Source: Octopus bimaculoides
Lineage: Eukaryota
Assembly: GCF_001194135.2 (NCBI RefSeq)
Contig: NC_068999.1
Location: 21,000,912 to 21,064,911 of the forward strand
DNA length: 64,000 nt
Reading direction: 5' to 3'
In this document: one piece after another, positions 37,905 to 51,386 of the stretch
Layout: every line of letters begins with the position of its first letter
How positions within the stretch are numbered: position 1 is the first letter of the stretch
Made by a program: the position numbers and the translations under genes
Notes under the pieces: model-generated
What the model saw: only the letters and a program-made list of their open reading frames with translations
What the model was told of the DNA's origin: nothing
Databases searched by the model: none

Positions 37905-38478
37905 CTTATCTATCAATATATATATATATGTGTGTGTGTGTGTCTACTTATGTATCTCTCTCTCTCTCTCTCTCCCTCTTTATATTTTGAATGCATTTAA
38001 TACGTACGTTTCAGATCATTGTGCAATAGATAAAAAGAAATTCATTTGTGTGTGTATATATATATACACACACATACGCGCGTGTGTGTGTCTGTGTCTG
38101 TGTGTATATGTATGGATGTGTGTATGTATGTCCGTCAGTTATTATTCAATTTTATTTCAAGATTTCATGTCAATAGAGAAAAAGAGCCGGTTTCTAACCT
38201 AGATCCAATGCTCCTTCGTTGGAATTTCACGAACATCAGTAGGATACAACTGCATGTATGGTTGCTTGTAGGCAGTATTTGGAGTCAGTGCGTGCGCAGA
38301 TTTGTATGTTATGGTTTATCTATGTATTCTCATGCAGATAGTTGCTATCTAAACAAGTGCATATGTACTAAAATCGTAAACCACAGGAAAGTTACAGTTC
38401 TAGTTGTGATTTGAATCTGCGGTTTTCGAATCAGCTTTCCCTTTTATGGTTTTGAGAATCTGGTTAATTCCCACTGCG

Positions 38479-38563
38479 TGCCCAAGGTGCCACGCAGTGT
38501 GACTGAACCCGAAACCATGTGGTTGGTAAGCAAGCTACTTACCACACAGCCACTCCTTCGCCT
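38479..38563 (-). mobile_element. SINE-B tRNA-like head only
   Basis: Near-exact reverse complement of 20600-20680 (tgcccaaggtgccacgcag...cttaccacacagccactcc). Confidence 0.9.
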
Positions 38564-38613
38564 ATATATATGTGTGTGTGTATATGTATATATATGTATA
38601 TATGTGTGTGTGC

Positions 38614-38650
<37 letters not shown>

Positions 38651-38663
38651 TATATACACACAC

Positions 38664-38702
<39 letters not shown>

Positions 38703-40769
38703 TACATACGTATATCCGAGTATGGATCTCTTTATTCATAGCTGCGTGTTTTCAACAATCGTCCATATAAATTATAAATTGGGCTAAAAGATTCTACAAT
38801 ACAGAATGGTTGTTAAGACTTTGACGCCTCAACCATCTGGCTTCAAGTTCAATTGCAGTGCGTTGCACCTCAGGCAATTGTCTCTTATCTCACTGGGCCC
38901 CAAGTTGAGCAAGGTTGCAGCAGTAAGTTCATACGGTGAAAGAATACAGAAAGTTGTCAAATTTAGCTAAAACTCAAAAAGAAAACATGCTTTATGAATC
39001 TTTTAAAGCGCGAAATTCCGCGTGGGAACGTTCTGTTTCAAAAATTCTAACTTTCAAAACCGGTGTCAAATATAGAAGGAGCAAATATCTTTGTAACAAA
39101 TAGAATAAGTACATGTATGCGTGCATGCCAGTGCGATGCGTTTGTGTCTATCTATGTGTGCGTGCGTGTGGGGGGTTGCGTGTATGCGATGGACCACGTG
39201 ATTCTATGTTGATGTCTGTGTGAGTATTTTTAACACAGAAACACTATATATGCTTTAGATTTTCCTTGAACTGATATCTACTGGAAGTGATTTGGTGTAT
39301 TTCCAGTAGTGATGTCAAACCTTGGCTACTTCATCAAATTGCTAATCTAACATTTTGTTTATATTTTTAAGATCTCGAATCGATTTTTCTTTATCTGTCG
39401 CAAAGTTAAACTTGAATAATCCGAAGTATGTCTAGAAACGTGTAGTATATCACATCATATATATATATATATATATATATANNNNNNNNNNNNNNNNNNN
39501 NNNNNNNNNNNNNNNNNNNNNNNNNNNNNNNNNNNNNNNNNNNNNNNNNNNNNNNNNNNNNNNNNNNNNNNNNNNNNNNNNNNNNNNNNNNNNNNNNNNN
39601 NNNNNCACCCATACATATATACATGTGTGTGCGTGTGTTTGCGTGTAAATAGATAAACACATACACACACACACACTCATACGGGTACGTATATATATTT
39701 GCATATATACACAAAATTAAGGGAGTTTGAGATTTGAAAATACATTTATCTATTTAGCCAAATGACAATCCTAAAATTACGGTTGTTTCCCCACCCTCTT
39801 CATGGAGTATTAATTTTCGTATACAAGAAATTATGCGTAAATGTTTATATAAATATGTATGGTCATCATTATAAAATACAATTATATATTTACAAATTAA
39901 TGGAAATAAAAAAAAATGTAGCACATCAGATCACCAGAACAGTGTGGTTATATATACAGTGTGGAATGATAGCCGAGTTCGTAAGAAGGGCTTACTGTGA
40001 TCACCGCATAATTCTCTGAAACCATACTCAATTCTTTGAAATATTTTTCTGATGAAGGAGCTGAATTCTAAGAAAGATACAAAACTCCGTCCTTGAAATG
40101 CAGATAACAAAATCAAATTCTCATTCTAAACTTGAAGAAAGTCTTGCATAAATTCACTGTTCCATTCGGAAATGGTATATATGAAACGGTTGGTTGATTT
40201 CTTTTTCGCGTAAACCTACTATATCCAGATTATCACTGAAACATTAATCCTTGTGGTGTGCCATTCTATGTGTTTACATATGAACATGTGTGTGCATGTA
40301 TGTATATCTGTAGGTATGTCCGTAAATAGGTAGGTAGGTAGGTAGGTAGGCAGGCAGGCAGGTGTATGTGTGTGTGAGAGAGTACAGATGTGTGAATGAT
40401 CGAAGTTCGTTTCGCAACTTTAAGATCCCGCGTGGGATGGCATTGAATGGCACCATATTGAGGGAATCGGGGTTGACGGAAACTGTACAGAAGCCTGTCA
40501 GAAGGAACATAATTTCGTACCTGTAAAATCAAAAGTTAAGCCCTTCTCAAAAACTGTGTCTCTCCTCCTGATTCACCTTGTGAATTACATCATTTGTCCA
40601 CGTCTCTTCGGTATACTCTGCCACTTACAGTTAATTCAGGAGTAGGTAAGTTCATTTACTCCTAATAACTGAATCCTCGTCGACGAACGACGGAGGTTCG
40701 CTGCGAGCCTATTAATATTTTTGTATATACACGTATAAACATAGTTTATATGTATAGGCATATATTCAG

Positions 40770-40893
40770 TGGTGGTGGTAATGTTGGTAGTAGTTGTGAT
40801 AGTATTGGTGTTGCTGGTAGTGGTGATGATAGTTGAAATGGTAGTGGTGGTGGTAGTGGTTGTGTTAGTAGTAGTAATATTGGTGATGATGAC

Positions 40894-40966
<73 letters not shown>

Positions 40967-41207
40967 ATGGTGGTGGTGGTGTCAGTGTCGGTGAGGGTGG
41001 GAGTGCCGATAGCTGTATTAGTAATAGTAGTAGTAGTATTAGTGGTAGTGGTGTGATGGTAGTGATAGTAATAGTAGTAGTACTAGCTGTTGTTGTTGTT
41101 GTTGTTGTTGTTGCTGTTGTTGTTGTTATTGTTGTAGCAGCAGTAGCAACAGCAACAGCAGTAGTAGCAGTAGTAGTAGCAGTAGTAGTAGCAGCAGCTG
41201 TATACGA
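40770..41207. repeat. compound trinucleotide array (GTG/GTA/GTT/GAT/GCA)
   Basis: Pure (GTA)n and (GTT)n cores with degenerate triplet flanks. Gives the poly-Val ORFs 40769-41056 and 41053-41349. Confidence 0.9.
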
Positions 41208-41924
41208 CGAGGTAAAAGAAGGAAATCACTATGGAATAGTAAAAGTTGAAGCGAATATGTACCTCGCGTTTAGTGCAGAAATTGAACTCGGGGATACAGG
41301 AGTGAAGAGGAGAAGGAGAGGGGAGGTGGGGGTGATAGATAGAAAATGAAAGGAAGGGGGGAGGCCTGGAAAAAGAGATTCATATCTACATATAATGATA
41401 GGCAAGTTGTGTGTTTTACCATTTTCGCGAAACAACAAAGTGAAACTTCGATGTTAAACGATTGATCAAATACGCACACACACACACACACACATACATA
41501 TGCATATATATATATGTATATATATATATGTATATATATATATNNNNNNNNNNNNNNNNNNNNNNNNNNNNNNNNNNNNNNNNNNNNNNNNNNNNNNNNN
41601 NNNNNNNNNNNNNNNNNNNNNNNNNNNNNNNNNNNNNNNNNNNNNNNNNNNNNNNNNNNNNNNNNNNNNNNNNNNNNNNNNNNNNNNNNNNNNNNNNNNN
41701 NNNNNNNNNNNNNNNNNNNNNNNNNNNNNNNCACACACACACACATACATATGCATATATATATATGCGTACATATAAAGATACCTATCAACACATATAT
41801 ATACATACATACCCAGTTAGATATGTATTTGTGCATGTATTTTGTCGGCGTACGTGAGTGCGCTCGCGTGTGTATATTTAATCTATGCAACGATAAATAT
41901 GCAGATAGGCGGTTATACATTGGC

Positions 41925-41964
41925 AACAAGACCGAAAGACCGAAAGACCGAAAGACAGACAGAC

Positions 41965-42044
<80 letters not shown>

Positions 42045-42045
42045 G
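41925..42045. repeat. graded repeat (GACCGAAA)x3 -> (GACA)n -> (GATA)n
   Basis: Direct inspection. Confidence 0.92.
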
Positions 42046-42439
42046 TTCTCATTAGACAAATTATTGCATTGTAGTAGTCGATAATTGAAGACTGATGTTA
42101 CTCTTGCTCCCCCTCCCGCTGATTTTTTTTTTTACGTCACCTTGTTCTCTCTTAGTACCTAATCATCTATGAAGTTTGGAATTTAAGAGAAAGAACAAAA
42201 AATACCCGAAAATCAATCTCAGACTTCACAATCAATGCCCTTAAATTATAGCTTGTTCATACGTCTTTTACCGGTATATGTCTACCACATTATTGCCATT
42301 AGCTTTGGCACAGAATTTTATCATAGAAGCTGCACCTTATTGAATAGAGGTAGCTGTGTATCAGGAATAGCACATATTTTATTTTGAATTCTGTTGTTGA
42401 TCAATGAAAATCAGAAATGAGAGGTGCTCGTGGCATTTG

Positions 42440-42790
42440 TTGTTCTACCGAAGTAGGGAAGGTTAGGTGTGGCCGGTGTTCAGTTTAGGTCTTTGTAGGA
42501 CAACGTTTGCAAGAAAACTATGAACAGGAAAAGGATAAAGTAATTCTCCAGAGGATTGGAATTCTTGAAAGAAAAGTGAGGGAATACTATTTTTGTACAG
42601 AGTTTAGGAAGGGAACAAAGGAAGAAAGCCGTGTGTGTAAAGAATAAATGCAGTTAACTCGTTTAAAGGAACAGAGGCTGTTGTAGTAGCTATAAAATAG
42701 AGGCGGAAATCAGACAGAACTGTGTGTTTGTAATCTTCTTGCTTTCTCTCAATTCATGATTGGAAAAGGTAATATCAGTGCAATTAGGCT
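42440..42790 (-). mobile_element. possible CR1/L2/Jockey-group LINE C-terminal remnant
   Basis: Minus strand fragments LFYSYYNSLCS and YSLTFLSRIPILW resemble the LFYRYY.G.CS...Y..SF.PRT..LW motifs. Heavily frameshifted. Confidence 0.4.
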
Positions 42791-43397
42791 GCTATTTGTA
42801 GCTGCTCAAAGACCTATATAGAAATACCGCCATTGTGTGTTTGTGTATGCACGTGTATGTGTATTTTTGTCTGTGTGAGTTGTCTCTGTGTGCGTATACG
42901 TGTGCATGTATGTGCGTAATATCACTGACCGTGTTATTTTAGAAGTACTCTTTGTGGATCTTACTTCACCTATGTAAAAGATCACGATTGTTGCTCGCTC
43001 ATATATTTCCCCAAACGCGATCCTTACATAAGGCAATGTTTTTGTATATTTATTATTCCTAGTTTATAAAACTACATTATTATACTAAAACTCATTGAAT
43101 ACACAATTCTCGTAATAGTCTTTTAAGTATGTGATAATACGTGAAATGAAATGCTTAATGTAACATAATCGAAGTAAACTAGGATATACATATATGGAAT
43201 ATAAGTTATGACTGTACAAAAATGCCAGTGTTTGTATTTCTCAATATCCGTTGTTCAAACGATATCAAAGGCGGTTTTGCCGTCCTTCTATTACTGGACT
43301 GAATCAGTAAAATCGATACCATTCAAATAATGAAGTTAATTCATTCGACTTTGCACCTCCTCTAAATTTGATAGTTTCAAGATCCCTATTATTATTG

Positions 43398-43560
43398 AGA
43401 CGGCTGGTTGGTTGAATCGTTACCATGCAGGACGAAATGCTTAGCGGCATCTCATCCATCTTTAGGTTTTGAGTTCAAATTCCGCCGAAGTCGACTTTGT
43501 CTTTTATCCTTTCGGCGTTGGTTAAATAATGTACCAGTAGAGCACTGGGGGTCGATGTAA
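43398..43560 (+). mobile_element. SINE-A copy, 3'-truncated
   Basis: Head, B-box-like gagttcaaattccgcc, and core gtcgactttgtcttttatcctttcgg. Confidence 0.82.
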
Positions 43561-43745
43561 TCTGCGGTTCGCACTTATTTTCTGATGGCTGGACTAAAGC
43601 AACGTTTAATTAAGTTCACTACGGAAGGACAAGACGCATAGCTTGGTCTAAGAATCGAATACAATACATGACCTTACAACAATGAATCTGACAGCTTTAT
43701 GACCAGGATTGTGTTTTATTCATAGGAATAGAGACATTGAATTTG

Positions 43746-43950
43746 GGCGGTGGGCTGGCTGAATCGTTAGCACGCTCGGAAAATGCTAAGCGGCAGCTCG
43801 TCCGTCTTTATGTTCTGAGTTCAAATTCCGCGGAGGTCGACTTTACCTTTCGCCCCTCGGGGTCGATAAAACGAGTACCATTTGAGCATTGGGCTCGATC
43901 TAATCGACCTTTCCCTCCCCTTGAAATTGATGGCCTTGTGCCAAAACTTG
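43746..43950 (+). mobile_element. SINE-A copy
   Basis: Complete head, core and 3' end (tggccttgtgccaaaacttgaaa). Confidence 0.9.
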
Positions 43951-44924
43951 AAAGCAGTAGAGCTATCGAATAATTTGTAAATACATGTATTTTTCATTAG
44001 GTTACCTTGATGACTATAACATTTTGATGTATATAACACTTCTGTGACGAGAAATGCAAATCATGGTGTACTCTGTTAGAATTGATTTCCATACACCGGA
44101 GAGACATACACATCGCAGCAGCATGGAGAATAGCCTTCATCTCTCTCAATGTGCAGAATGTTTCTTGAGTAATGAAAAATACCCAAATATTTCTATGTCT
44201 ACATATAAATAGTAAATACCTCGAGTAGCTGAGGTCTTCGAATCTTAGTTTCAGCTGCATGGCTCAGTTTTAAATGCATGGCTAATGTGTAAAAAATAAA
44301 TGTTAAAATTATAATTTCCCTTTTTATCCACCTGATATATTGATTTGTAATATAGATAGAAGGAATAGTCGATTGATGCATTTTCGTTTAACATTAAAAG
44401 AAAGTTGAGGAATTAACCACCCTATAATTTAAAGATAGAACGTAAATATCCATAACTTAATATAACCGAATCCGCCAATATTTCATCCTTCTCATATCTT
44501 ATGTGTTATAGACAGCTTGAAAATTAAGTTAAAGCAAAACCGATAAATTCAGTGAATTATAAGCGAGTAATCCAAGTTAATAAACGAGAGTGGCTTCGAT
44601 TCCTTTTTGGATTAAATAATATGACATTAAATGGTGTCTTTGAAACCTTCTAGCCTATCTAAAACGGATTTTTCATGTCTCGCACAATTTGCGGGGGGAT
44701 GGATCGATCTAAAATACAGGAAGTCTGCAAGTAATCAAACAGAAAAATATGTGTAACCAAACTTCCTTGTGTGGGCTTTGACAGGTTTTCCCAAATGCAG
44801 GGATCCATCGGAGCACGTTCTTAATTTCAATCAATATCGTTATACGTATCAAAATACCTCCCCTCAACAGAACACTAGGTAAATTGTAGATCTCTTGTAT
44901 ATGCTCCGAAAGAAGGTCGCTCAC

Positions 44925-44978
44925 CGGCATCCCAAAGGAACCAGGCATATGAGGGCCTCCAGCAATTTAACAGTTTCT
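44925..44978 (-). CDS. candidate 54-bp exon (unverified)
   Basis: Acceptor ttactttctcttag, donor CCG|gtgagc. Two frames open (ETVKLLEALICLVPLGC or KLLNCWRPSYAWFLWDA). Confidence 0.18.
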
Positions 44979-45291
44979 CTAAGAGAAAGTAACTCTATAC
45001 AAATCCTGTCTGTTGAAGACATCTAGTCTTGTGGCACTCGTTGCACGAGAAAAGTACAAATTTGAAGGATGAGAGGATGGGACTGGCTTTGCATAAATCG
45101 TGTCCACTGTAATAATATTTATCGTGCATATTGTTCGCTAAACCGAGACACCAACACCATCACTATCACACTTTCTTCGTAAGTGTAGTGGGATAGGAAG
45201 GAAAAAAGGTGACGATGACAGGTGGAAGATGCTATCGTAAGGGTTATGCGGCACACAGGCGGGCATAGATTGATGGACGTTGTCCACATAC

Positions 45292-45488
45292 CTGTGGCAG
45301 ATATGGATTCCGTATCTTGTGCAGCTGTGTTTTACTGAACCCGCATACGTAGAGCGATGAGAAAACCCACCACCAATTTTGTATATAACAAAAAGAACTG
45401 TATTGAGGACTAGATCCCAATGTTAATACTTGATAATTCCACATCTCTTCCGTTGCTTGCAACAGAGATCTTATTCTACCCGTAGAAC
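45292..45488 (-). CDS. candidate 197-bp exon (unverified)
   Basis: Acceptor atgtatttttatatag, donor CAG|gtatgt. Only the phase 1->0 frame is open throughout (STGRIRSLLQATEEMWNYQ...KIRNPYLPQ). No homology recognised. Confidence 0.27.
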
Positions 45489-46495
45489 CTATATAAAAAT
45501 ACATGGACTCGACCGTCGACGGCTAATTGTCTTCAATACAAATATAACACAACATCACACTATTTTTTTCTTCTATATTACCCTATCGATTCCCCCATCT
45601 GTACTCTCTTACAATTAATTAAAACATCTTAATTAAAAATCTAAAAGATATTTACAGTAACAGTGTATCTTAATTTACGCTGACAGATTGCCTTCGTTAA
45701 AACCTTTCAGTATGTTCGCATTAAATTTTTCGTGACATACAAATGTTACTGTTCTATTACTAAAGTGTTTCAATCACGACTGGCCCGGTTAAAAATAATT
45801 CAATTATCAATAGATTCTCTCTATTGCCATTTACTGATTAGTTTTACGTTTTAATCTTACATTTTATTACTTGAATTTTTCATTCGCGCTCCAATGACTT
45901 GCTAAATTGTTTCGAATTCTAGAATACTAAAACTTCTGCATACCGCATTCTTCTTAATACTTGGAAGTAGAAGAAAAAGATGGAGGAGAAGAAGATGCGG
46001 AAGAAAGAGACGGAAAGAAATTACCATAATCTTCTATTGAATTTGAGTAAATGAAATATCTCTAACAATGCGAGCGTGAAGCTTCAACGACCGGAACCTC
46101 AAGGGCGAGATTAAATCAATATTTTGAAGAGAAACTCGTTGTATGAACATATAGTTTGTAAGAGAAAATGTGTGATAGCTTAACCAATTAGCCAATAAGT
46201 CATTTAATCAAACAACAAGAGCCAATGAGAATCTCGATATGACCGCTCGTATAGCTAGAAATCGTAGCCAACAACCATCTGAAACCAAATCATAGTGTTT
46301 TAAATGTCGTTGAGGTTACACAATTACGCAATTCCTAAAAGAAAATTAACTAAGGAGTGGTCTCAGAATCATTGCTTTAACCATAGGCCTGTTTATCTGT
46401 CCCAGCAGATGCGGGAGAACGAAAACAAAAAAAGACGTGTGATAAATCAATGTCAGATCTCTCTTTCTCTCTCTCTCTCTGTATATACATATATA

Positions 46496-46541
<46 letters not shown>

Positions 46542-46787
46542 TGTGTGTAAGAAAAGAAATGGAGCAACAATTAGAAATTGATCATTGGTTTAAAAAGTTA
46601 TAGTTTAATCGTAGATCAAGAACATTTACAGCTGTTTCAGTTTGTATTTCGAAGTAAATTTGCATTTATTTCGTTCCATTTAACAAGCATCTTCAGAATG
46701 ATTTAAAGTTTATCGGAGAAATATAGATGGGAGAAAAAGGAAAATGAAAAGAAAAAGGAAACAAGTTCGTTAAGTGTTTAGGCTTAC

Positions 46788-46953
46788 ATTTTGGTGCCCT
46801 TATTGGTTCCTCGTGTGTGTACGTTACTTCAATTCGATGAATGGAGCAATACGTGGGGAAAATGGCTAGTTGACCGGCGGTGTTAGTCGAAGGAGTTGTA
46901 GCCTGGTAGTAATATCCGGTGTTGTCAATCGTAATGAATAACGCTATTTGCGA
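46788..46953 (-). CDS. candidate exon (unverified), SQIALFITIDNTGYYYQATTPSTNTAGQLAIFPTYCSIHRIEVTYTHEEPIRAPK
   Basis: Complex, less AT-rich segment with an open frame ending at AAT|gtaagc. Acceptor is ambiguous and weak (tag/cag at 46957/46954 or 46944). Confidence 0.33.
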
Positions 46954-47401
46954 CTGCTAGATAAGTCCCTATGATTACAAATAATGCCCTTGGGTACAGG
47001 ACGTCACCGACTGTGTAAACAGCATGATATACAAAAGCAAACGTGTTAAATACGCTAACAACTAGAAAAAAAATGGAAAACAGGAAAAGTAAACCCAGAG
47101 AACGACCCGTCATCAGTTGGCTGTCTATCTATTCCTCATTTCGAGCATTCAACAACAATATGAGTCTTCAAAGACAGTTGCTCTCATAAATTCTAAAATA
47201 AAATTTAGGATTTATGGAGGGTCAAAGTTGGGAACAAAAACAGGACAGTTGAGACATACAAGGAACCTGAACGAAAACAAACGAGGATCGTAATATATAC
47301 ATACACACACACTCACACACACATATATGTATGTATATACGTATGCGTTCGCTGCATTTCGTCCGTCTTTACGTTCTGAGTTGAGATTCCGNNNNNNNNN
47401 N

Positions 47402-47432
<31 letters not shown>

Positions 47433-47469
47433 CACACACACTCACACACACATATATGTATGTATATAC

Positions 47470-47545
47470 GTATGCGTTCGCTGCATTTCGTCCGTCTTTA
47501 CGTTCTGAGTTGAGATTCCGCCGAAGTCGACTTTGTCCTTCGCCT
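47470..47545 (+). mobile_element. SINE-A fragment (partly duplicated across a 10-N gap)
   Basis: gcatttcgtccgtctttacgttctgagttgagattccgccgaagtcgactttg. Confidence 0.75.
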
Positions 47546-48401
47546 ACTTCCAATGATGGTGCACATATTACTCCTATACTACCACTACTGTTACCATCGT
47601 CACTACTACGAATAGTACTATCATTGTCACTCCAGTAGTTCCGATTTTTCTCCCTAAGGAAGGCGTATAGACCTGAAGAAGACCTGGACTATAGATGGCA
47701 TCTCCATCATAAGGCCGGCTATGGCGATGAAAGTTTTTCAAAACTAGCTGATTGACTGTTCAAACTATTAATCAAGCATTCAGTAAGATAATTGGTTAAA
47801 TCCTAATGAATTGACTAATAATAATATAAGAAGTGAAATCGAACCAGTGCCTGTGTTCACAGCTGACCTAATGCCCCAACCAAGAAACATCAAAATCTGT
47901 TTCGACACACGAGTTCACATCAAGATTTTTGCAAACCAAATGCATAAACGAAATTTGCATGAGATTTGACTGCTATTTCTAGATTTCTGAATGAGAGACC
48001 CTCTTATTTCTTCGGTATCTGTTATATAATGTCTTGGCTGATGTTATTGATCTAATAACTTGTAAAAGATTTCCCTCCGCCCCCTCAAAAGTCAGTTGGT
48101 TGAGAACAATAACATTTGTGTACGTGTGCAAGTCTTATAGATGGATATACACTTTCCCTCAATGCACTCAATATCTATGTACACATATAAGCTATTCATT
48201 CGTACGCACGTTCATATGTACATATGTACGTATGTATGCATTCATGTATGTATGTATTCATGTAAATAAGTACGTATATATGGGTCTGTAAGTATTTATA
48301 TATGCGTATTAAACTATTCATAATTTAATTATCTTCAATACGTCTAAAAAGAAATTTCTTTTGGCATGTATTCCAATATGTGTCTGATGTGCGTATTTGT
48401 G

Positions 48402-48437
<36 letters not shown>

Positions 48438-48575
48438 TCTCTAACTATCTCTCTATCTAATTATCTATCCCTATCTCTCTCTCTCCCTCTCTCGCTCTTT
48501 GAATATCCACATACATGCAGATGCGTGTATATATGTACATGCACACATCTATATACAAATCTCTCTCTCTCTTTC

Positions 48576-49601
<1,026 letters not shown>

Positions 49602-50887
49602 TACAAACACACATGCGTACATGCATATACACATGCATACATACATACATATATACATACATACCAGGATGGATTGATGGATGGATGCGTGTGTATATCC
49701 ATGTTTGTATGTGTTTGTTTGTTTATGCGTGTGCCTGTGTCTGTATTTCTATGCCTGTGTGACTGAGTGCATATGTGGAACGCAAGAAAGAACAGTGCTT
49801 GCTTCTAACCACCAACCAAAAGCAATATATCTCAGCTCATAATAGATTTTATTAATCGAAATAATAACCAATAGAATCTATTCATGTTTACCAGCAGAAC
49901 AATTCTAGCATAATATATTCTATAGTCCTGTAACCGATGAATTCTTCGAATGCATTTCAAGATACCGCTGATGGATGTCTGATATCCTTTGCAGGAAGCA
50001 TCGCAGATGCTTCAAATGTTAATAGACGGTCGCAGTGGACTGTCCTAAGCTAGGAAAGAGTTTCGTTGCCCTGGGCATTGAATATATCCAAGTTGTGTCC
50101 TGTAAAATCAGTTGTTTCTATGGGGAAACTTCACATTAAGGATTGGAGCGTACAATTTCTTGTTATTCAGAACGCCTCATGTGGAGAGGGAGATGAGCTG
50201 GATCAGCCACTCTGACCCACAAGGCTTGCACTTGTGGATATCTCCAATTCGATGTATGTGTCTTGCAAACAATTCGCACATGCAAGTGCTACCAGTCGAG
50301 AACTCCACATGCCGGAAACCAGCAAGTGTATGGGGTCATCAGGAGAGAATGCGTGACGTTTCGGTGCCTACCTCTCGACGGCATCAATGAGCACCGGCCC
50401 CACTCACTGATATGAGGCCCCGCTTGCTAGATCAACTGGTTATTAGAAACAAAGTTCAATATTTCTCTAGCCATCGCTCATGAAGCACATTTGGACGTCT
50501 TCGTAATAAAGGATCGGTGCTATTTGTTTTCGAATGGTTACCTGTAGTTGTACAATTTGCAGTTCTTGGTCATCTTGTCGATTTCTTAGGAATATGTATC
50601 AGCAGTGATTTTTAACTTCGCTAGGATTGAACGATTAGTGCTTGTTGATTCCATTTTGTCATCATCAGATGAACATAATTTTGCTTCAATGCATCTTTGC
50701 CGCGGACACATGTCTCAGGGTTTCACATTCTTCCAGCCACTGCACAGAATGACATCGCTTATCTCATAGAATCTACTTGCACGTGCGCGTGCGCGCGTGT
50801 TCGTGTGTATATCAATATTTCGTTTCAGTAAACACTATAAACTTAATCTAATCCTGAAATCTAATCCTTAATACAGCACTAACTTAC

Positions 50888-50978
50888 CTGGCAAAACCAG
50901 AGTCCAAATTCATTTTTTGTGACATGGCAACCCCCAGAAATTTCCCACTTAAATGTGAACGACTTTTATATGAAACTA
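50888..50978 (-). CDS. candidate 91-bp exon (unverified), xVSYKSRSHLSGKFLGVAMSQKMNLDSGFAx
   Basis: Good acceptor (tcttcttttgtttgcgcttacattgcaacacag) and perfect donor CAG|gtaagt. Only one frame open; internal gccATG in good Kozak context. Confidence 0.33.
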
Positions 50979-51130
50979 CTGTGTTGCAATGTAAGCGCAA
51001 ACAAAAGAAGATAGTCAAATCGACACACTTGGTTCGCTCTGAGGCTCTGGAGCGTCGGTCGTGGTACGTCCTATCATTAGTTCATCATTTAATTTATGTA
51101 TGTGTGTATGCATTTATGTATGTATGTATG

Positions 51131-51179
<49 letters not shown>

Positions 51180-51214
51180 GTCTGTCTATCTATCTATCAA
51201 ATTGACGAACGATT

Positions 51215-51246
<32 letters not shown>

Positions 51247-51279
51247 CACATACATATACACAAATCACACACAACACAT

Positions 51280-51328
<49 letters not shown>

Positions 51329-51339
51329 NNNNNNNNNNT

Positions 51340-51386
<47 letters not shown>

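Noticed and set aside
41200-41349. YGIVKVEANMYLAF resembling an FGF beta-strand motif
   Set aside because: It is a short match at the end of a microsatellite-derived ORF, with no splice signals or other FGF core residues.
44006-44041. 36-bp minus-strand exon-like segment (good acceptor, AAG|gtaacc donor); similar candidate at 3998-4110
   Set aside because: Joining it to the upstream phase-1 candidate creates a stop, no homology was recognised, and it is indistinguishable from chance splice-like signals.
45000-45060. LLKTSSLVALVAR resembling a DIRS tyrosine-recombinase motif
   Set aside because: No catalytic R-H-R-Y residues, RT or RNase H motifs were found nearby.
46925-47113. Hydrophobic 62-aa ORF resembling a GPCR TM6-TM7 segment (…YLAVANSVIHYD)
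   Set aside because: The N-terminal hydrophobicity comes from a T-rich tract, there is no NPxxY motif, the ORF stops immediately, and no other TM exons were found.
50290-50440. Minus-strand SEWGRCS resembling a thrombospondin type 1 repeat
   Set aside because: The other conserved Trp, Cys and Arg positions are missing and the frame closes soon after.
50882-50893. acttacctggca matches the 5' end of U1 snRNA
   Set aside because: Only 12 nt match and no U1 stem-loops or Sm site follow. It is better explained as a minus-strand splice donor or chance.
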